Assembly: GCF_009914755.1 (NCBI RefSeq)
Contig: NC_060934.1
Source of the DNA: the human T2T-CHM13v2.0 reference genome, Homo sapiens
Strand: one strand, 5' to 3'
DNA: 64,000 nt
Positions 49,759 through 64,000 of this stretch are shown here, piece after piece (within the stretch, counting starts at the first letter, position 1; every line of letters begins with the position of its first letter). Both the position numbers and the translations under genes were made by a program. Under the pieces are notes generated by a model. That model saw only the letters and a list, made by a program, of their open reading frames with translations. It was not told the DNA's origin and did no database searches.

Positions 49759-50355
49759 GGTTCGTTACTACGTTTGTGTTGACTATGTCAATGTTGATTA
49801 TTATGATCGCTGTCTTAGGACTGCACGGCAGCGAGGGGATTGTGGATCTTATATTAATGATTTTGTATTGAGGCAGTGCATTAGCACTACAGGGGCTTGT
49901 TACATGAGCAATGGGGGTGTCATATTTTGGGTGTCATGTCTGCATTAGGAATGCTGCATTTGTCTTCCGAGACTGCGGTGTGGATCTCGCACTGCGGCCA
50001 CCTCGCCTTCGCAGGGGAGAACCTCAGTGGGCAGGATTCAGAGGGGCTTTTGATTTCCCGTTTTCCACACTGAACCCTTTTAACTGGTCTCTGACCCTGA
50101 TTATTCAGGGCTGCAAACAGGAAGGATTTTATTCACCGTCGATGCGGCCCCGAGTTGTCCCAAAGCGAGGCAGTGCCCCCAAGGTCTGTGCTGAGGAGTA
50201 TGCTGCTCTGCCTTCGCGGTGGCCCCCGGGGTCTGTGCTGAGCAGAACACACCTCATCCTGTGCTGAGGAGAATGCAGCTCCGCCCTCCCAAAGGCACAC
50301 AGCGCCAGCGCAGGGCGCCGAGAAGCGCACCCGAACCTGAATCCTAACCCTAACG
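49759..50355. repeat. TAR1 telomere-associated repeat with 61-bp-like and 29-bp-like unit remnants; ends in a short CCCTAA remnant
   Basis: ggtctgtgctgaggag..., tgtgctgaggagaatgcagctccgccctcccaaaggc, gcgccagcgcagggcgccgagaagcgcaccc, atcctaaccctaac. Confidence 0.85.
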
Positions 50356-50714
50356 CCTTCCTAAGAGCCCTGGGGAGACCTTAGGGAACAAGCATTAAAC
50401 TGACGCTCGAGTCTGTAGCCGGCTCTGCCAAAAGACTTGGGGTTCGGGTGATATGAGGGCAGGGGTCAGGGAAGAAAGCTTTCTGATTTTAGACCCACAG
50501 GAAGATCTGTGAAGTGCACTTGGGTAGAGCACATGTTGCCTGGTGTGTGCTTGAAAAGAGCCTAAGAAGAGGGGGCGTCTGGAAGGAACCGCAACGCCAA
50601 GGGAGGGTGTCCAGACTTCCCGCTTCAACACCTGGACACATTCCGGAAAGTTTCCTCAGAAAGCCAGAAAAATAATAATAAATAAAAATCCAGGAGGCGG
50701 GGGGTGGGGGGGCC

Positions 50715-50820
50715 TAATGGGGCTTTACTGGGACTATCTGTCTCAATCCTCCAAACAACCCTGCCATAGCAGCCCAGCCGTCCTCTGAGACAGGTGAGGA
50801 ACCTGAGGTTACAGGAGGAC
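50715..50820. mobile_element. MIR fragment
   Basis: aatcctccaaacaaccctg...acaggtgaggaacctgaggttacag resembles the MIR core. Confidence 0.55.
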
Positions 50821-50995
50821 ACCCAGAAGGTCCAAGCAGATCCCCCTAGGCCCCCACACCTCCCCCCGTGGCAGCTTCAACCCCAGCTTTTTCACTAGTA
50901 AGGCACGCCGGCTGCTGGACCACTCCCACTCCCCCAAGCAGGAGTTTGATAAACAAACTGTTAATTATTATTACCTATATCTGGATGGGTTATGA

Positions 50996-51325
<330 letters not shown>

Positions 51326-51753
51326 TAAAATATATTTTTGTTTTCAAAAATTGTGTGGTATGCATGAGTTTTATAGCAAGAAAAAATTATGAACTTATTT
51401 TGAATTAAATTCCATTGTTTTAAAATTAAGCAATAGGTGAGCTCGAATTTTAAGCTCCACAAATGACCAAGAACTTCTTTGATTCCCTTTTAAACCTGTT
51501 GTCTGTTTTAATCACTCATATGGAATCATTCATAGGTTTTTACTTAAAATCTAAACCAAATAATGAAGTAACTGTTTAAATTGTTAGATTTTGAATATGG
51601 TTCAGTTGGATGTAAAATGTAACTATTACTCAGGAAAACGATCTGATTTTTTTTAGCAAGCGATATTCTTTCTTTCGGAGAGCATTTCACAAATGTTTCT
51701 ACCTAATGAATCATATTTTAAAAATAACACTTGTAATTCTTTTTTCTTTTTAG

Positions 51754-51843
51754 TTTCCTGCCTGCGATGGTTCACATAATAAACACAATGAATTGACAGG
51801 AGATAATGTGGGTCCACTGATACCAAAAAAGAAAGAAGTATAA
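51754..51843 (+). pseudogene. CISD2: CISD2 exon 3 coding remnant (orphan terminal exon in a 4q24-derived duplicated block)
   Basis: Polypyrimidine tract plus tag|TTTCCTGCC; translates FPACDGSHNKHNELTGDNVGPLIPKKKEV*, the CISD2 C-terminus with the CDGSH motif and KKXX; exons 1-2 not seen. Too short for the ORF track. Confidence 0.92.
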
Positions 51844-52684
51844 TAATAATATTATAACAATATTTTCTCATTCTTTGTGTATAGAAAATTTTAAAATGTT
51901 GGTCTTAATTATTACTACTGGTTGAACAATTATTTCTTCCAATTTATTTTCTTCCTGCACTACTGTTTGTATTTGATCCTTTGTCTATTCAGTCACTTAA
52001 TTAGAAATTAAATTGTCAAGCCTCTTATTCTGACTTCAAAGAATTAATGTATCTTCCAACAATAAAATCACTTCTGATTTTAATCTAGGAAAACCTAAAT
52101 TGTGGTTATGGATCCAAAGCTATTTGTTTCTTTGAATATCAATATTTTCAACAGGATCTTGTATTTAAAATTCCCGCCTACATTGTTAAATATGTTATTT
52201 TTTCATATCTCTTTTCGTTTTGATAATCTGAAGTGTTTTTTTCTCCTTTTGGCCTTCCAAACTGCATTTGTTTAGGTGAATTAAGAAAAATATTGCCATC
52301 AAGAATTACTTGTGTTTTCACAGAGATAGACTCGTTGCTTTATAGAGATTGTTGGGTATTTAATATGAATATCCCATCTTTAGAAAAGAAGTAAACTGGA
52401 TACAAAAAGTTCCATTGAGGAACAGTTATTTACAGTATAAAAGATTTGTTTACTTTACAAAAGGCTTGTGTCTGTTTGTGTGTGTATATTTTAAACTGTT
52501 TGACTCAGTGACAGCTGGGGTGGAATGGCAAGAACACTTACAACCAAACTCATGGGCTGCTGCAATTTGAAGATCAGTTGGTAATAAATATAAGACATAT
52601 TAATTCATATTAAAATAGTTCAGTGTTCAAAATTGTGGTTACGTGGACATTTTTCTCTTTTTAACACTATAAACCATTAAAATA

Positions 52685-52939
52685 CAGTCATCCCTTGTAT
52701 ACACTGGGGACTAGTTCCAGGGCCACACATATACCAAAATCTGCCCATACTCAAGTCTCACAGAAAGTCTTGCAGAACCCATATGTAGAAAAGTTGGCCC
52801 TCCAATTGACCCTCCATACACATGAGTTTCACATCCCATGCACAAATGCTGATCTGTGTGACCTCACCTGCATTTGATTGAAAAAAGTATGCGCATAAGT
52901 GTAACCACCCATTTCAAACCCATGTGTAAGGGTCAACTG
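52685..52939. mobile_element. MER8 (Tigger-family MITE) with TA target-site duplication
   Basis: ta|cagtcatcccttg...aagggtcaactg|ta inverted termini; internal ataccaaaatctgcccatactcaagtc. Confidence 0.8.
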
Positions 52940-53061
52940 TACAAAAAAGTTTGTGAAATAAACGTACTGGAGAATCTTTAAAATTTTTGTGCTTTTTAAT
53001 CCTACTATTATCAGTCTTTTTAGTTTCATCTTACATTACTACTCTCATAATAGCTATCCTT

Positions 53062-53185
53062 AGCCAGGTGCCATGGCACAGGCCTGTAGTCCCAACTGCT
53101 GGGAAGATTGAGGTGGGAGGATGGCTGCAGTGCTGGAGCCCAGGAGTTCAAGGCCAGGCTGGGCAAAATAGTGCTCTGCCTCTGC
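53062..53185 (+). mobile_element. FLAM-type Alu monomer
   Basis: agccaggtgccatggcacaggcctgtagtcccaac...gagcccaggagttcaaggcc. Confidence 0.75.
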
Positions 53186-54960
53186 TGGGCTCTTTAGGGA
53201 ATCCTTTCTGTTCTGAAAGAGTTACCATTTAACCCTCTTCATTGAGTGCATTTCTGATACCTTGCTAGGCACTATGGAAACTGCTTAGTTGAGAAAAGAC
53301 AAATACAAAAGCTTTTCTTTAGTCTATTTAAGATACAATTTATTCAGTTCACTTTGCTTTCTTTTTATAAGAAGGTACAAGGGACAGAGGTAATCCTAGA
53401 AACAAAACTAATTGTCATTGAGAACTTGTATGTACCAGACACTACACTAAGCATGGTACTTGGGTTTTTAATTTATTACATGTAATGTCAGTAGGTTAAA
53501 TTATATGATCAGAACATCTTCATGACCAGCAGCATGTATTTTAGAGTTAGAAATGTAGTCTGGTTTTCGAGAAGTTTTACAAGGTGTATGTCCAAAATTA
53601 TTTTTCTTTCCTCACATGTCAGTGGGGGATAAATACAGCATTGCTCTCACTTCTTTGACTCTCTGTACTTTTTTGGATACATTTTCTTCAACACTGTTAA
53701 AGGGCCTCACTGTCAGATTAACCAATTATTTTTCCACAGTTGGTCACCAGACTTTGGAAAAAATCCACCTCACCAAAATTTTGGATATCCTGGTCTGTGG
53801 TCATGAAATGCTTTTCTTTTTGTAAAATCTGTCACTGCGTCTCACAGCAACTTGTTTTCACACATGTTCTAGTGGTTCCCATAACTTAGATTTTACAGGA
53901 GGAAAATTTACTAAAAATGAGGAGACTAAAATGAATGACCAACTTTGAATTTTGTCAAATAACATTGAAAATGAATTATCTCATAAAAGGTAATATTAAT
54001 ACCCCAAAAGTAAGATGGTTATACTCTCAGAATAAAGACTTTTTCCCTGCCACATTTTCAGTTGTTAAAATATGCTAAGAGCTATGCCCATATATTTTCC
54101 CACCTGTGCAAATTTTTCAGAAGCCTAGGGTTGGTAGTAAGCTCTTGCTTTAATAACTCTTTTAAATAAGCATTATTAGCAGTTTCCATTACTTCTTGTA
54201 AATTTACACAATTTTATCTTGTCCATCTTTAAAAAATAGACATCTAATAACCAAATGTATTTGAATTGATACAGTATAAGTAACTCGTAGAACTTGAGGA
54301 TAAGTGGTAAAGGAAAAAAAAAGTAACTTGGCTCTTGAAATACGTCTTGGGTTTCTAGAGCCTTCAAAATACAGCCCTGTTGTTATTGTTTCACATTATG
54401 ATTGTTTTGAGGGCTACTTCTGCTTACCTAGGAAACTACTCATGCCTTACTCAGCAAATGAGCACCACCATTACATAAACATAAGGTATCCAAAAGTGTT
54501 AGTAGGCTTGAGGTATGAATGATTCATTCTTATGGGTAATTAAGCAAGTTGAATTATGGAAAGCACCTCACAATTCACACAATTCAGCTTTGAGTTCAAT
54601 GCCAAATATGATGATTCATTAAGATGCCTTTGTATTTTGTAACCTAATTTGTTAATAAGTTACAGGAAGCCAATTAAGCTAGCTGCTGATCTATATAGTA
54701 CTACCTTCCTCATTGTGATTCCATAGTCTTCCAATAGAAATGTGCTGTCAGAATCTGTATAAAGAATTTGTAAATTCCACTATTTAACAAGGTTCTTAAG
54801 AATTTAGGTGGATGTTTTATTTGATACCTACTAAAGAAACTTAACTAATTGTATAGCACTTAACCCATTTAGAATTCAGTTGTGGCAGCATAACCAATCT
54901 GGAGAGACCAGGGGAGATGTTACTAATGCTTGTACTTTATTCAGAAGTGAGTGCCTCATT

Positions 54961-55255
<295 letters not shown>

Positions 55256-56469
55256 CTCTTTTTTCTTCATCTAATCAAATTTATTGGGGCAGAAATCAGT
55301 ACGAAGTTCATAGGACAGGAGGAAACCAATATAAACATCTCAGCATTGTAGGAAATTCAACCCATGGAAAGCAGGGCTGAATTAAAGACCACTTTGAAGG
55401 CCAGGAAAAGCAGATAATTTAGATATAGTCAAAGTATGAAATCATTGATAGATCCAGAACAAGGGAATGATGTATGTGTTTACATATTAGATCTACTTTA
55501 TTAACAATTTTCCCTCTGTTAAACTAATATCGACTAATAGTAGTCTAGGTAAGTCAAGTTCAAATTAAATGGCAATTGAAAAGTCTTCTTTTTAAAAAAA
55601 TTTTAATGGTAGAGGCAGCAGCTACCCAGAGTCTACTTATTCTTACTTCACATTGAATTCTAACAAGTTAGGTTATCTGATTTCTGCTTCCTAACAAATC
55701 ACAAGTATCGAAAGGGTCTTGCAGAAGGGGTGAACTATAAAATGTGACAACTGACAGCAAGGCAGGGGAACAAAAATAAATTTAAGGTGAACATTAAAAG
55801 CATAGCACCTTGAGACAATTTATAGGATTCCGCATACAACTGTCTCTGAGGACATCACTGCGATCAAATTATACAAGTGATGTTTAGGGATGAATTGAAA
55901 TCAAGATAAGTAGTATGTGTTATTTAAAAAGGCAGGATATGTGTTGCATTCAATGGCAACAATTTCCCCTTAGCTATTTAGTTAAAAGCTTAGTGCTTAA
56001 CATGTTGGAAAATTTATGCGTAAAATATATTGACTTATTCCTTGATGATTCGAGGCTTTATCACAGGAAGTTTTCCCATTCAATTGAAACATTTTTCAAG
56101 CTTAATGACTATAACTTACTACATAATTTATTTTGTTAAAGTTTGAGGAAAACTAAATAAAGAAGTAGCAATTTAAGTCATAATAAATTTTGTTAGATGA
56201 CTTCTTCCACTTTAGGGGGAATTAAAAATCTTGTTTAAAAACCACATGTGCAGCAGTTCTGTGACTGCCTCAACACCTAGTTGGCCATATAGTCCCTTTG
56301 CACCACAGAGGTTGGAGTATAGAACATGCCCAAAGCTGTTTTGTTTTGTTTTAACTATGCTGCATCATCTGAGGTTGTGTTAACATAGTTTGTCCTAATA
56401 GTCTTTTACTGGAAAGTTGCTATATTTGATTATGTTCAGCAAGTAAACTAATTTTATCTACTTTCATAT

Positions 56470-56755
56470 ATTTTGAGACAAAGTCTGGCCCTGTCACCCA
56501 GGCTGGAGTGCGGGGGCTTGATCGTACCTCACCGCAGCCTCAGCCTCTTGTGCTCAAGCGATCCTCCCACCTCAGCCTCCCAAGTAGCTGAGACTACAGT
56601 CATGCTTCATCATGCCTGGCTAATTTTTTACTTTTCTAAGAGACAGAGTCTCACTATGTTACCCAGGCTGCTCTCGAAGTCCTGGACTCAAGTGATCCTC
56701 CCTGCCTCAGCACTCCCAAAGTGCTGGGATTGCAGGTGTGAGCAACCATGCCTGG
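56470..56755 (-). mobile_element. AluJ
   Basis: Reverse-complement dimer: ttgagacaaagtctggccctgtc...gcaaccatgcctgg. Confidence 0.9.
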
Positions 56756-57398
56756 TGTTTTATCTTTTGCAGAAATCCAATTTAGTAAAGTCATGTTGTA
56801 GCAAGCATCATTTTCATATAAAAAGTGTACAGTTCACATTATTAGCAAATGTATTGTGTAATTTTATATTAGTTATGGTCTTCAAGGACATTGAAAATCT
56901 ATTCAGAAAGACTGTGTTTTTCAACCAGAGATGACATCACTCTAACTTTCCTTTGGTTTAAACGCTTGATTCTTTGCTTACAAAATTTCTGTTTTGAAAA
57001 ATTATGGTGAGGAAGTATATTTGTGATACTGTTTTCTTAGAACACTGTTGTCAGATAGATCAGCCATAATGTTAACACATTTCTGATCTCTATTATAAGG
57101 CTGTAATTTTCCAAAATAACATAGAAAAGGAGAAAAGGGTAGTACATTTCATAATTACTGAGATGAACCTTGTACTAGTGAGAAAATAAAAATGCCAACA
57201 ATTTATTAAATTTTCAGATTTCCTGTAATTTTCCATCACTATCCCTCATACATTTCTCTGCATGATCACACTAAAGATATAAATTAATCACATCCATTCA
57301 TCAAATAAAGAAACTCAAAACTCACAAGTACAATCTTCAACTTTGTAGAATGCTACCAAGAAGTAAAATAAGATGAAGGTAGAAAGATTCTCTTTGAG

Positions 57399-57718
<320 letters not shown>

Positions 57719-58033
57719 TCACTTTGAAATGCTGCATGCAACTATATGGCCACACATTGGAAAATCTAGAGAAAATGGGTAATTTTCTGGAAAAATATAA
57801 ATGACCAAAACTAATCCAAGAAGAAATTTAAAATGTTAATAGACCAGTTACAAAGAAAGAATGTACAGTGATTTTTTAAATCCATAATTTAAAAAAGTAC
57901 TAGGGTTGCAAGAAGGATAATTCCAATGTTATTTAAAGTATCCCAAATATTTTTAAAAAAGAGAAACCAATTCATTTCACATAGGCAGTGCAGCATTAAT
58001 ATGAAAACCTGATAAACATAAGACAAAACTATA

Positions 58034-58308
58034 GGCCAGGTGCCATGGCTTACACCTGTAATCCCAGCACTTTGGGAAGCCAAGGCAGGTGGATCACTTA
58101 AGGTCAGGAGTTCAAGACCAGCCTGGACAATATGGTGAAAACCAGTCTCTACTAAAAATACAAAAATTAGCCCGGCATGGTGGTGCATGTCTGTAATCCC
58201 AGCTTGAACCCAGGAGGCAGAGGTTGCAGTGAGCCAAGATCACGCCACTGCACTCCAGCCTGGGTGACAGAGCAAGTCTCCATCTCAAAACAAAAAACAA
58301 ACAAAAAA
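58034..58308 (+). mobile_element. AluS with an internal deletion of roughly 30 bp
   Basis: TSD caaaactatag on both sides; cccagct|tgaacc junction. Confidence 0.9.
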
Positions 58309-59063
58309 GCCAAAACTATAGACCAATCTGACTTATACATATGAATGAATATTCTAAATAAAAACCCAGCACTTTTATCAATAATTGCAACAACAAAAAA
58401 GAGTAATACAGTATGCAAAGAGCATTGTATTTCAGGAATTCACGGGTATTTCAATATCAGTTAAGTATATTAACACAATTACATAATTGACATCAAAGAA
58501 GAGGAAAATGTGATTATATCAGTAGATGCTGAGAGGGCTATTGTTAAGATTAAACATCCACTGCTAATGAAGATTCTCGAGTAAAATAGAAATTGAAGGA
58601 AAGTGTCTAAACATAACCGTTATTTATGAAATGCCTACAAAACAAGTATTTTAAATCATAAAGGAACATTTCAATTAAAACAAGGAACCAGTAGGAATAG
58701 CTGCTGTCAGTATTTGTTATTAAAGATTATCTTGGAGGATCCATGAATGTAACAAGATTTTTAAATGAAATAATCAGTATAAATATACAGAAAACTTTTT
58801 GTGGATATGATTATATGCCTAGGAAATCATAGAGATTAGGAAAAACAGAACTTTCAAATATTTTAAAGAGGAATATTGGTAAGGTATTTGGAAATAAGAT
58901 CATAATACAAAATAGATTAGCAATAAGCACCTTGAAATGCTAATGGTAAAAATATTCACAATAACAAAAATAATAAAGGTAAAATAAATTTACCAAGAAA
59001 GACGATCTATAAGAAAAAAACTATAAAAATGTTACCAAAAGCTGTTGAATAAGAAACACATGA

Positions 59064-59347
59064 GGCTAGGTGCAGTGGCTCATACCTGTAATCCCAGCAC
59101 TTTGGGAGGCTGAGGCAGGAGGACAGCTTGAGCCCAGAAGTTCAAGACCAGCTTTGGCAAATTGTGAAACCCTGTCTCTAAACAAAACAAAACAAAACAA
59201 AAAACTAGTTGGGCTTGGCGCATGCTTATAGAACCAGGTACTTGGGAGGCTGAGGTGGGAGGTTGGGGCTTCAGTGAGCTGAGATCCCACAACTGCACTC
59301 CTGCCTGGGTGACACAGTGAGACCCTGTCTCAAAAAAACAAACAAAA
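59064..59347 (+). mobile_element. AluJ
   Basis: Dimer with an (AAAAC)n-expanded linker and tail. Confidence 0.9.
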
Positions 59348-60283
59348 CTCTTGTAAAAGCATAAATCTCCTAAAATTATATATAAATTCAATTAAATTCA
59401 CATTAGAATCACAAAAACATTTTAAAATTTGATTAAATTATCTTAAAGTTCATGTAGAAGAATAGTCAGAAAATTGTACCAAAAAAAAAAAGACTATTGA
59501 GAGGAACTTTTCTCACCAGATATCAGCACCTACTATAGAACTATTGGAATTGATCAATTAAGAAAAACAATTGTATTAATTAAGAATAAGCAAGAGTGGT
59601 AAAAAATTGAGAATCTACATGTAGATGAAAAATTAATATATGAAAATAAACAATTCAAAGAAAACAAAATTGGACCCTCAATTTACACTGAAGGCTTTGA
59701 AGTGATACATAAAATGATTTTTAAAATGATTTAAATACTTACATAAATGGAGAGAGGAAGGGTGGGAGAGAAGCGGGAGAGAGAGAAAATAGAAGACTAA
59801 AGACAGGAACACCTATGTGGAAAAAGATAACACTTAATGACAAAATATGTTTTATGTGATTATCAGTTATACATAATAAATATTGGGGACATTGCGTTGT
59901 GGATTACAGTAAAGCATTAAGAAACAGAGTAAGTGAATAAAAAAAGGAAAGAAAACTACCAAATTCCATGTGTGATACCCCGTTTTGAAATTACATAAAT
60001 TAAACATGTGTACACATAAGAAAATTTTAAACATTAAAATTTTGTTTACAAAATGGATTTGATGACACGAAGGCCATTGATGACCTTACCCACAGCAGCT
60101 TTGTTTAAATGGGGATTAAGGATGGAACAAAATTTTTATTAGAACACTTTGAATAATGAATTAGCAAACTACAATAAACTGAAATCTTACCTACCAAATA
60201 ATCTCAGTAAAGTAAACAAATCTAAAAGAAATGAATAAAACAATTGTGAGCAAAAAAGGATAGAGTCACTGCATATAATGTAA

Positions 60284-60770
60284 ATGAGACAAGGATGGTC
60301 TCTGTGTATTGGCACCTAGGTTATTTCTTCACAGCAAGCTGAAACCCATTAGCTCAAAAACGAACTGGCACCAAACTCAAATTTTTAAATATCCAATTGT
60401 GTTAAACATAGCCCAGACATGCAGATTTGTAGGCATTTAGAGCCTGCCTGATTTACATGCCCTGGGAAACTACATCCAAAATCTGCTTGCCACAGATAAA
60501 CTCTAGGCTGTAAAGACTCCAAACTGCTTCTGCTCTTTGGAACTCTGTGAACTACAGACTCCATGCCATGCTGCTGAGTGATATCACTGAGACATGAAAG
60601 CCTCCTCTCTGATCCTTTCCTCCCTCAGGAGTTCCTTTGCCCTCCTCCCTTTCTGAATGGTGGCCCCCTTGTCTCAATCCTCTGGTCCATCTCTTGCTGT
60701 GAAGGCCTTCCCCAGGATACAAACCTGATAAGAGATCATCCAGATAAAGCCCATGTGTGCTTCTTTCACA
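60284..60770 (+). mobile_element. Probable solo ERV LTR (ERVL MER54/MER74/LTR47-like)
   Basis: About 490-bp island of higher GC, TG...CA ends, polyA-signal-like cagataaagc near the 3' end; family uncertain. Confidence 0.45.
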
Positions 60771-60829
60771 TCTTTTTCTATATTTTTCTAATTTTTTTCT
60801 AAACTTTTCTAATTTTTTCTTAATTTTTA

Positions 60830-61310
60830 TAAAATTGTGGATACCTAATAATGTAGTCTCAAAATAAATAAAACCAAAATTAGAATTGGAAATAGCAATA
60901 AAAAAATCTACACAGTGAGAGATTTTAACATTTCATTTTTAGTAATTGAATAAATAAACATAAAATTAGTAAGGCTAATCAACAGTTAAAGAATTTCGAT
61001 TCTTTTCAAGCACACTTGGAGTATTTACAAAAATTGACCAGATATTAGGCCTAAAGGTAGTATCAAATGTTTACATTGGTATAACAAATGTGTCATAGCA
61101 CTATTAGAAATCAATAACAAAATCTTATCCAAAAGTAATCCATGAATTTTAGAAACTACAAACAGCTTCCAAATGATTCATGGAAGCAAGAAGAAATTAT
61201 AATAAAAATTAGAACATGCTTAAAATTGAATTAAAATGAAAAGATTACCAATCAATATATATGTAAAATAACTGAAGCAGTACTTAGAGTGAAATTTACC
61301 AGAAGCAATT
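60830..61310 (+). mobile_element. Old L1M ORF2 endonuclease-region fragment
   Basis: ttcttttcaagcacacttggagtatttacaaaaattgaccagatattaggcc; aagcagtacttagagtgaaattta. Confidence 0.65.
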
Positions 61311-62630
61311 CACATTCTTGGGAAGGACAACAGCATGCATTTAGAGACTTATCCAAGATGTATATTAGTTCTTTGACTCTCTGTCCTAATGTAGTCCAGA
61401 GACCTGAGCTGTCTGGACATTCTGTAGCATGTTACATTTTTCCATTTTATTTACCAGTTAAAATAGACTGGGTAAGAAATAACATGCTGGATGGCCTAGA
61501 GAGACACAAGCATCCCTGAGAGAGAAAATCATCTGAAGATTTAAGGATCTGTGACATCAGTCACAGAAGATTTTAGAGGGCCCATTTTTCCCCCCCTATA
61601 CTAAGGAATACTGTTCTGACACATTTGCTGAGTGACACAGAAGGCTTCCACCTTTGACAAAAGCTTAGGGCAGAAAAGGCCTCTGCAGCAGGTCCAGGAT
61701 CCAGGGCAAGCAGCCCTACTGTTTGAGCCATACAATCTAGTAGGCTCTATGGTATTAGAAATATATGTAGTTGGAAAAAGCACCATGTAGAGTTTATAGC
61801 AAACCCTAATAGACGATTCACACATAGTCTTGTGGGGTTCACTAGCATGGTCATGCTATCTGCCAGTAATTGTATATTGTGTAAATATATAGCATAATTG
61901 TGTACTTTAATAGCTCCTAGCATGCTACTGCACCTAGGTAGAGATGGACTATCTGACAACAAATATTAAGTGACCATGTAGCTAAAAGTTCCCACAGTGA
62001 GTTTGGTTTTGTTAGATCTACCAGATCATAAGGACAGGCTGGCCCAGCAACAAATCATAATAAAATAGAAGTAGCACATTGAATTAGTCCATTTTCACAT
62101 TGCTATAAAGAACTACCCAAGACTGGGTAATTAATAAACAAAAGAGGTTTATTGACTCACAGTTCCTTATGGCTGGAGAGGTCTCAGGAAACTTACACTT
62201 ATGACTAAAGGCAAAGGTGAAGCAGGCACCTTCTTCACAAGGCAGCAGGAGAGACAGAGAGCAAGGGGGGATGTGCCAAACACTTTTAAACCATCCGCTC
62301 TCATGAGAACTCACTCAATATCATGAGAACAGCATGAGGGAAACTGCCCCCATGATCCAGTCACCTCCCACCAGGTCCCTCTATCTACATGTGGGGATTA
62401 TAATTTGAGATGAGATTTTGTGGGGACACAGAGCCAAACCATATCACATCAAGGATTGGGCATGAGAAAGACTAGAGGACACAAGTAAGCAGTATGATCA
62501 GGTGATCCAGGTCCCCACATTATCCAGATTGTGACACTAGATTCTCTCCCTCAGCTGGCAACTCTGCCTATGTGGGAGTTCCAATATTGCTAAAGGAGGA
62601 AAAAAGCTAAGCTTGTTCATTGGAAGATCA
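61310..62630 (+). mobile_element. ERVL-type internal (pol) remnant, interrupted by an MST LTR
   Basis: From 61671 reads QKRPLQQVQDPGQAALLFEPYNLVGSMVLEIYVV, homologous to ERVL pol QEKALQQVQAAVQAALPLGPYDPADPMVLEVSV; contains stops. Confidence 0.7.
62080..62446 (-). mobile_element. MSTA/THE1-type MaLR LTR
   Basis: tgaattagtccattttcacattgctataaagaactaccc...gtggggacacagagccaaaccatatca. Confidence 0.9.
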
Positions 62631-62711
62631 ACTCAGGATGTGGATGTAAGTAAAAAATGATAGCAGCCTACTTCAGCTATGGAAAGATAACAGTAGATTA
62701 AATCCTCCCAT

Positions 62712-64000
62712 TGACAGTTCAGCATATACGAATCAATAAATATGATATACACATTAACAGAATGAAGGACTACAACTATATGAATATCTCCATGGATGCA
62801 GAGAAAGCATTTGACAAAATTCAACATCTTTCTGTAATAAAAACTTTCAACAAATTAGGTATCAATGTCCACATAACACAATAAAGGCATATATGATAGG
62901 CCCACAGCTAACATCATACTCAATGGTAAAAAGTTGAAAGCTTTTTCTCTAAGATCAGAAACAAGATGGATGCCCATTTTCACCACTTCTATTCAAGTTC
63001 TAGCAATTAGTCAAGAAGAAGAAATAAAGGCATTAAAGTCAGAAAGGAAGAAGAGAAATTGTCTCTGCAGACAACATGATCTTAAATGTAGAAAACCCTA
63101 AAGAGTCCACCAAAAAAAACTGTTGGAACTAGTAAATTAATTCAGTAAAGTTGCAGGATGCAAAATCAACATAAAAAAACGAGTAGCATCTGTATACACT
63201 AACAATGAACTATCTGAAAAAGAAATTAAGAAAACAATTTCATTTATAATGGCTACACAAATACTTAGGAATTAATTTAACCAAGGAGGTGAAAGACCTG
63301 TACACTGAAAACTATAAAACATTGGTGAAAGAAACTGAAGAAGACACAAATAAATGGAAATATATCCCATCTTCATGGATTAGAAGAATTCATACTGTTA
63401 AAATGTTCTTAGTACCCAAAGTGATCTACAGATTCAATGTAATCTCTATCAAAATTCCAATGATATTTTTTACGTAAACAGAAAAAAGTCCCAAATTCAT
63501 GTGAAACCACAAAAAACTCCAAATAGCAAATTGTGAGCAAAAAGAACAAAGTAGAAGGTATCATATTATCCAGGTTCAAAATATACTATGATGATATAGT
63601 AATCAAAAATATAACATGATACTGGCATACAAACAGACTGGTAGACCAATGGAATAGAATAGAGAGCCTCAAAATACATCCACGTTTATGGCCAATTGAT
63701 TTTCAGTAAATATGCCAAGAATACACAATGAGAAAAGGACAATCTTTTCAATAAATGGTGTTGGGAGAACTCCACATGCAGAGAAATGAAATTAGACCCT
63801 TATCTCACTCCATATACAAAAAAAAAAACCACAAATGGACTAAAGACTTAAATATAAAACCTGAAACCATAAAACTACTAGTAGAAAATATACAGGAAAA
63901 GCTCCATGAGACTGGTCTGGGCAATGATTTTCTGGATATGACCCCCAAAGCACAGGCAACAAAAGCAAAAATAGACAAACGGGATTATATCAAACTAATA
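62712..64000 (+). mobile_element. L1MA/MB ORF2 (RT to C-terminal) fragment, runs off the window
   Basis: gatgcagagaaagcatttgacaaaattcaacat ([11 protein letters not shown]); SADNMILNVENP; [23 protein letters not shown]. Confidence 0.88.

Overview
This is human (or great-ape) pericentromeric DNA with no intact protein-coding gene. From left to right: about 15 kb of (GGAAT)n human satellite 3 (HSat3) switches abruptly and on the same strand to about 13.4 kb of HSat2 (GGAATCATCATCGAAT), ending near 28,450. A mosaic of duplicated segments follows. Old L1/L2-rich DNA leads into a 1 kb GC-rich GCTTTTTGCCCCC repeat. An Xq28-derived unprocessed ABCD1 pseudogene segment (exons 7-10 plus 3' flank, about 34.1-44.0 kb) ends in a half-AluY. 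An L1PB-type element is cut off inside ORF2 by an interstitial (CCCTAA)n telomere-like tract plus TAR1. The rest is a 4q24-derived block carrying CISD2 exon 3 and its long 3'UTR, followed by Alu/L1/LTR debris. This architecture matches the known ABCD1 paralog loci (2p11, 10p11, 16p11, 22q11), but which copy this is cannot be decided without alignment. I found no convincing wholly new biological system. The most interesting points are the junction architecture, a frame-intact but motif-dead ABCD1 cassette, an orphan CISD2 terminal exon next to a TAR1 promoter-like element, and hidden higher-order structure in the satellites. Gene identities, residue numbers and repeat family names come from my recall of reference sequences, not from database searches.
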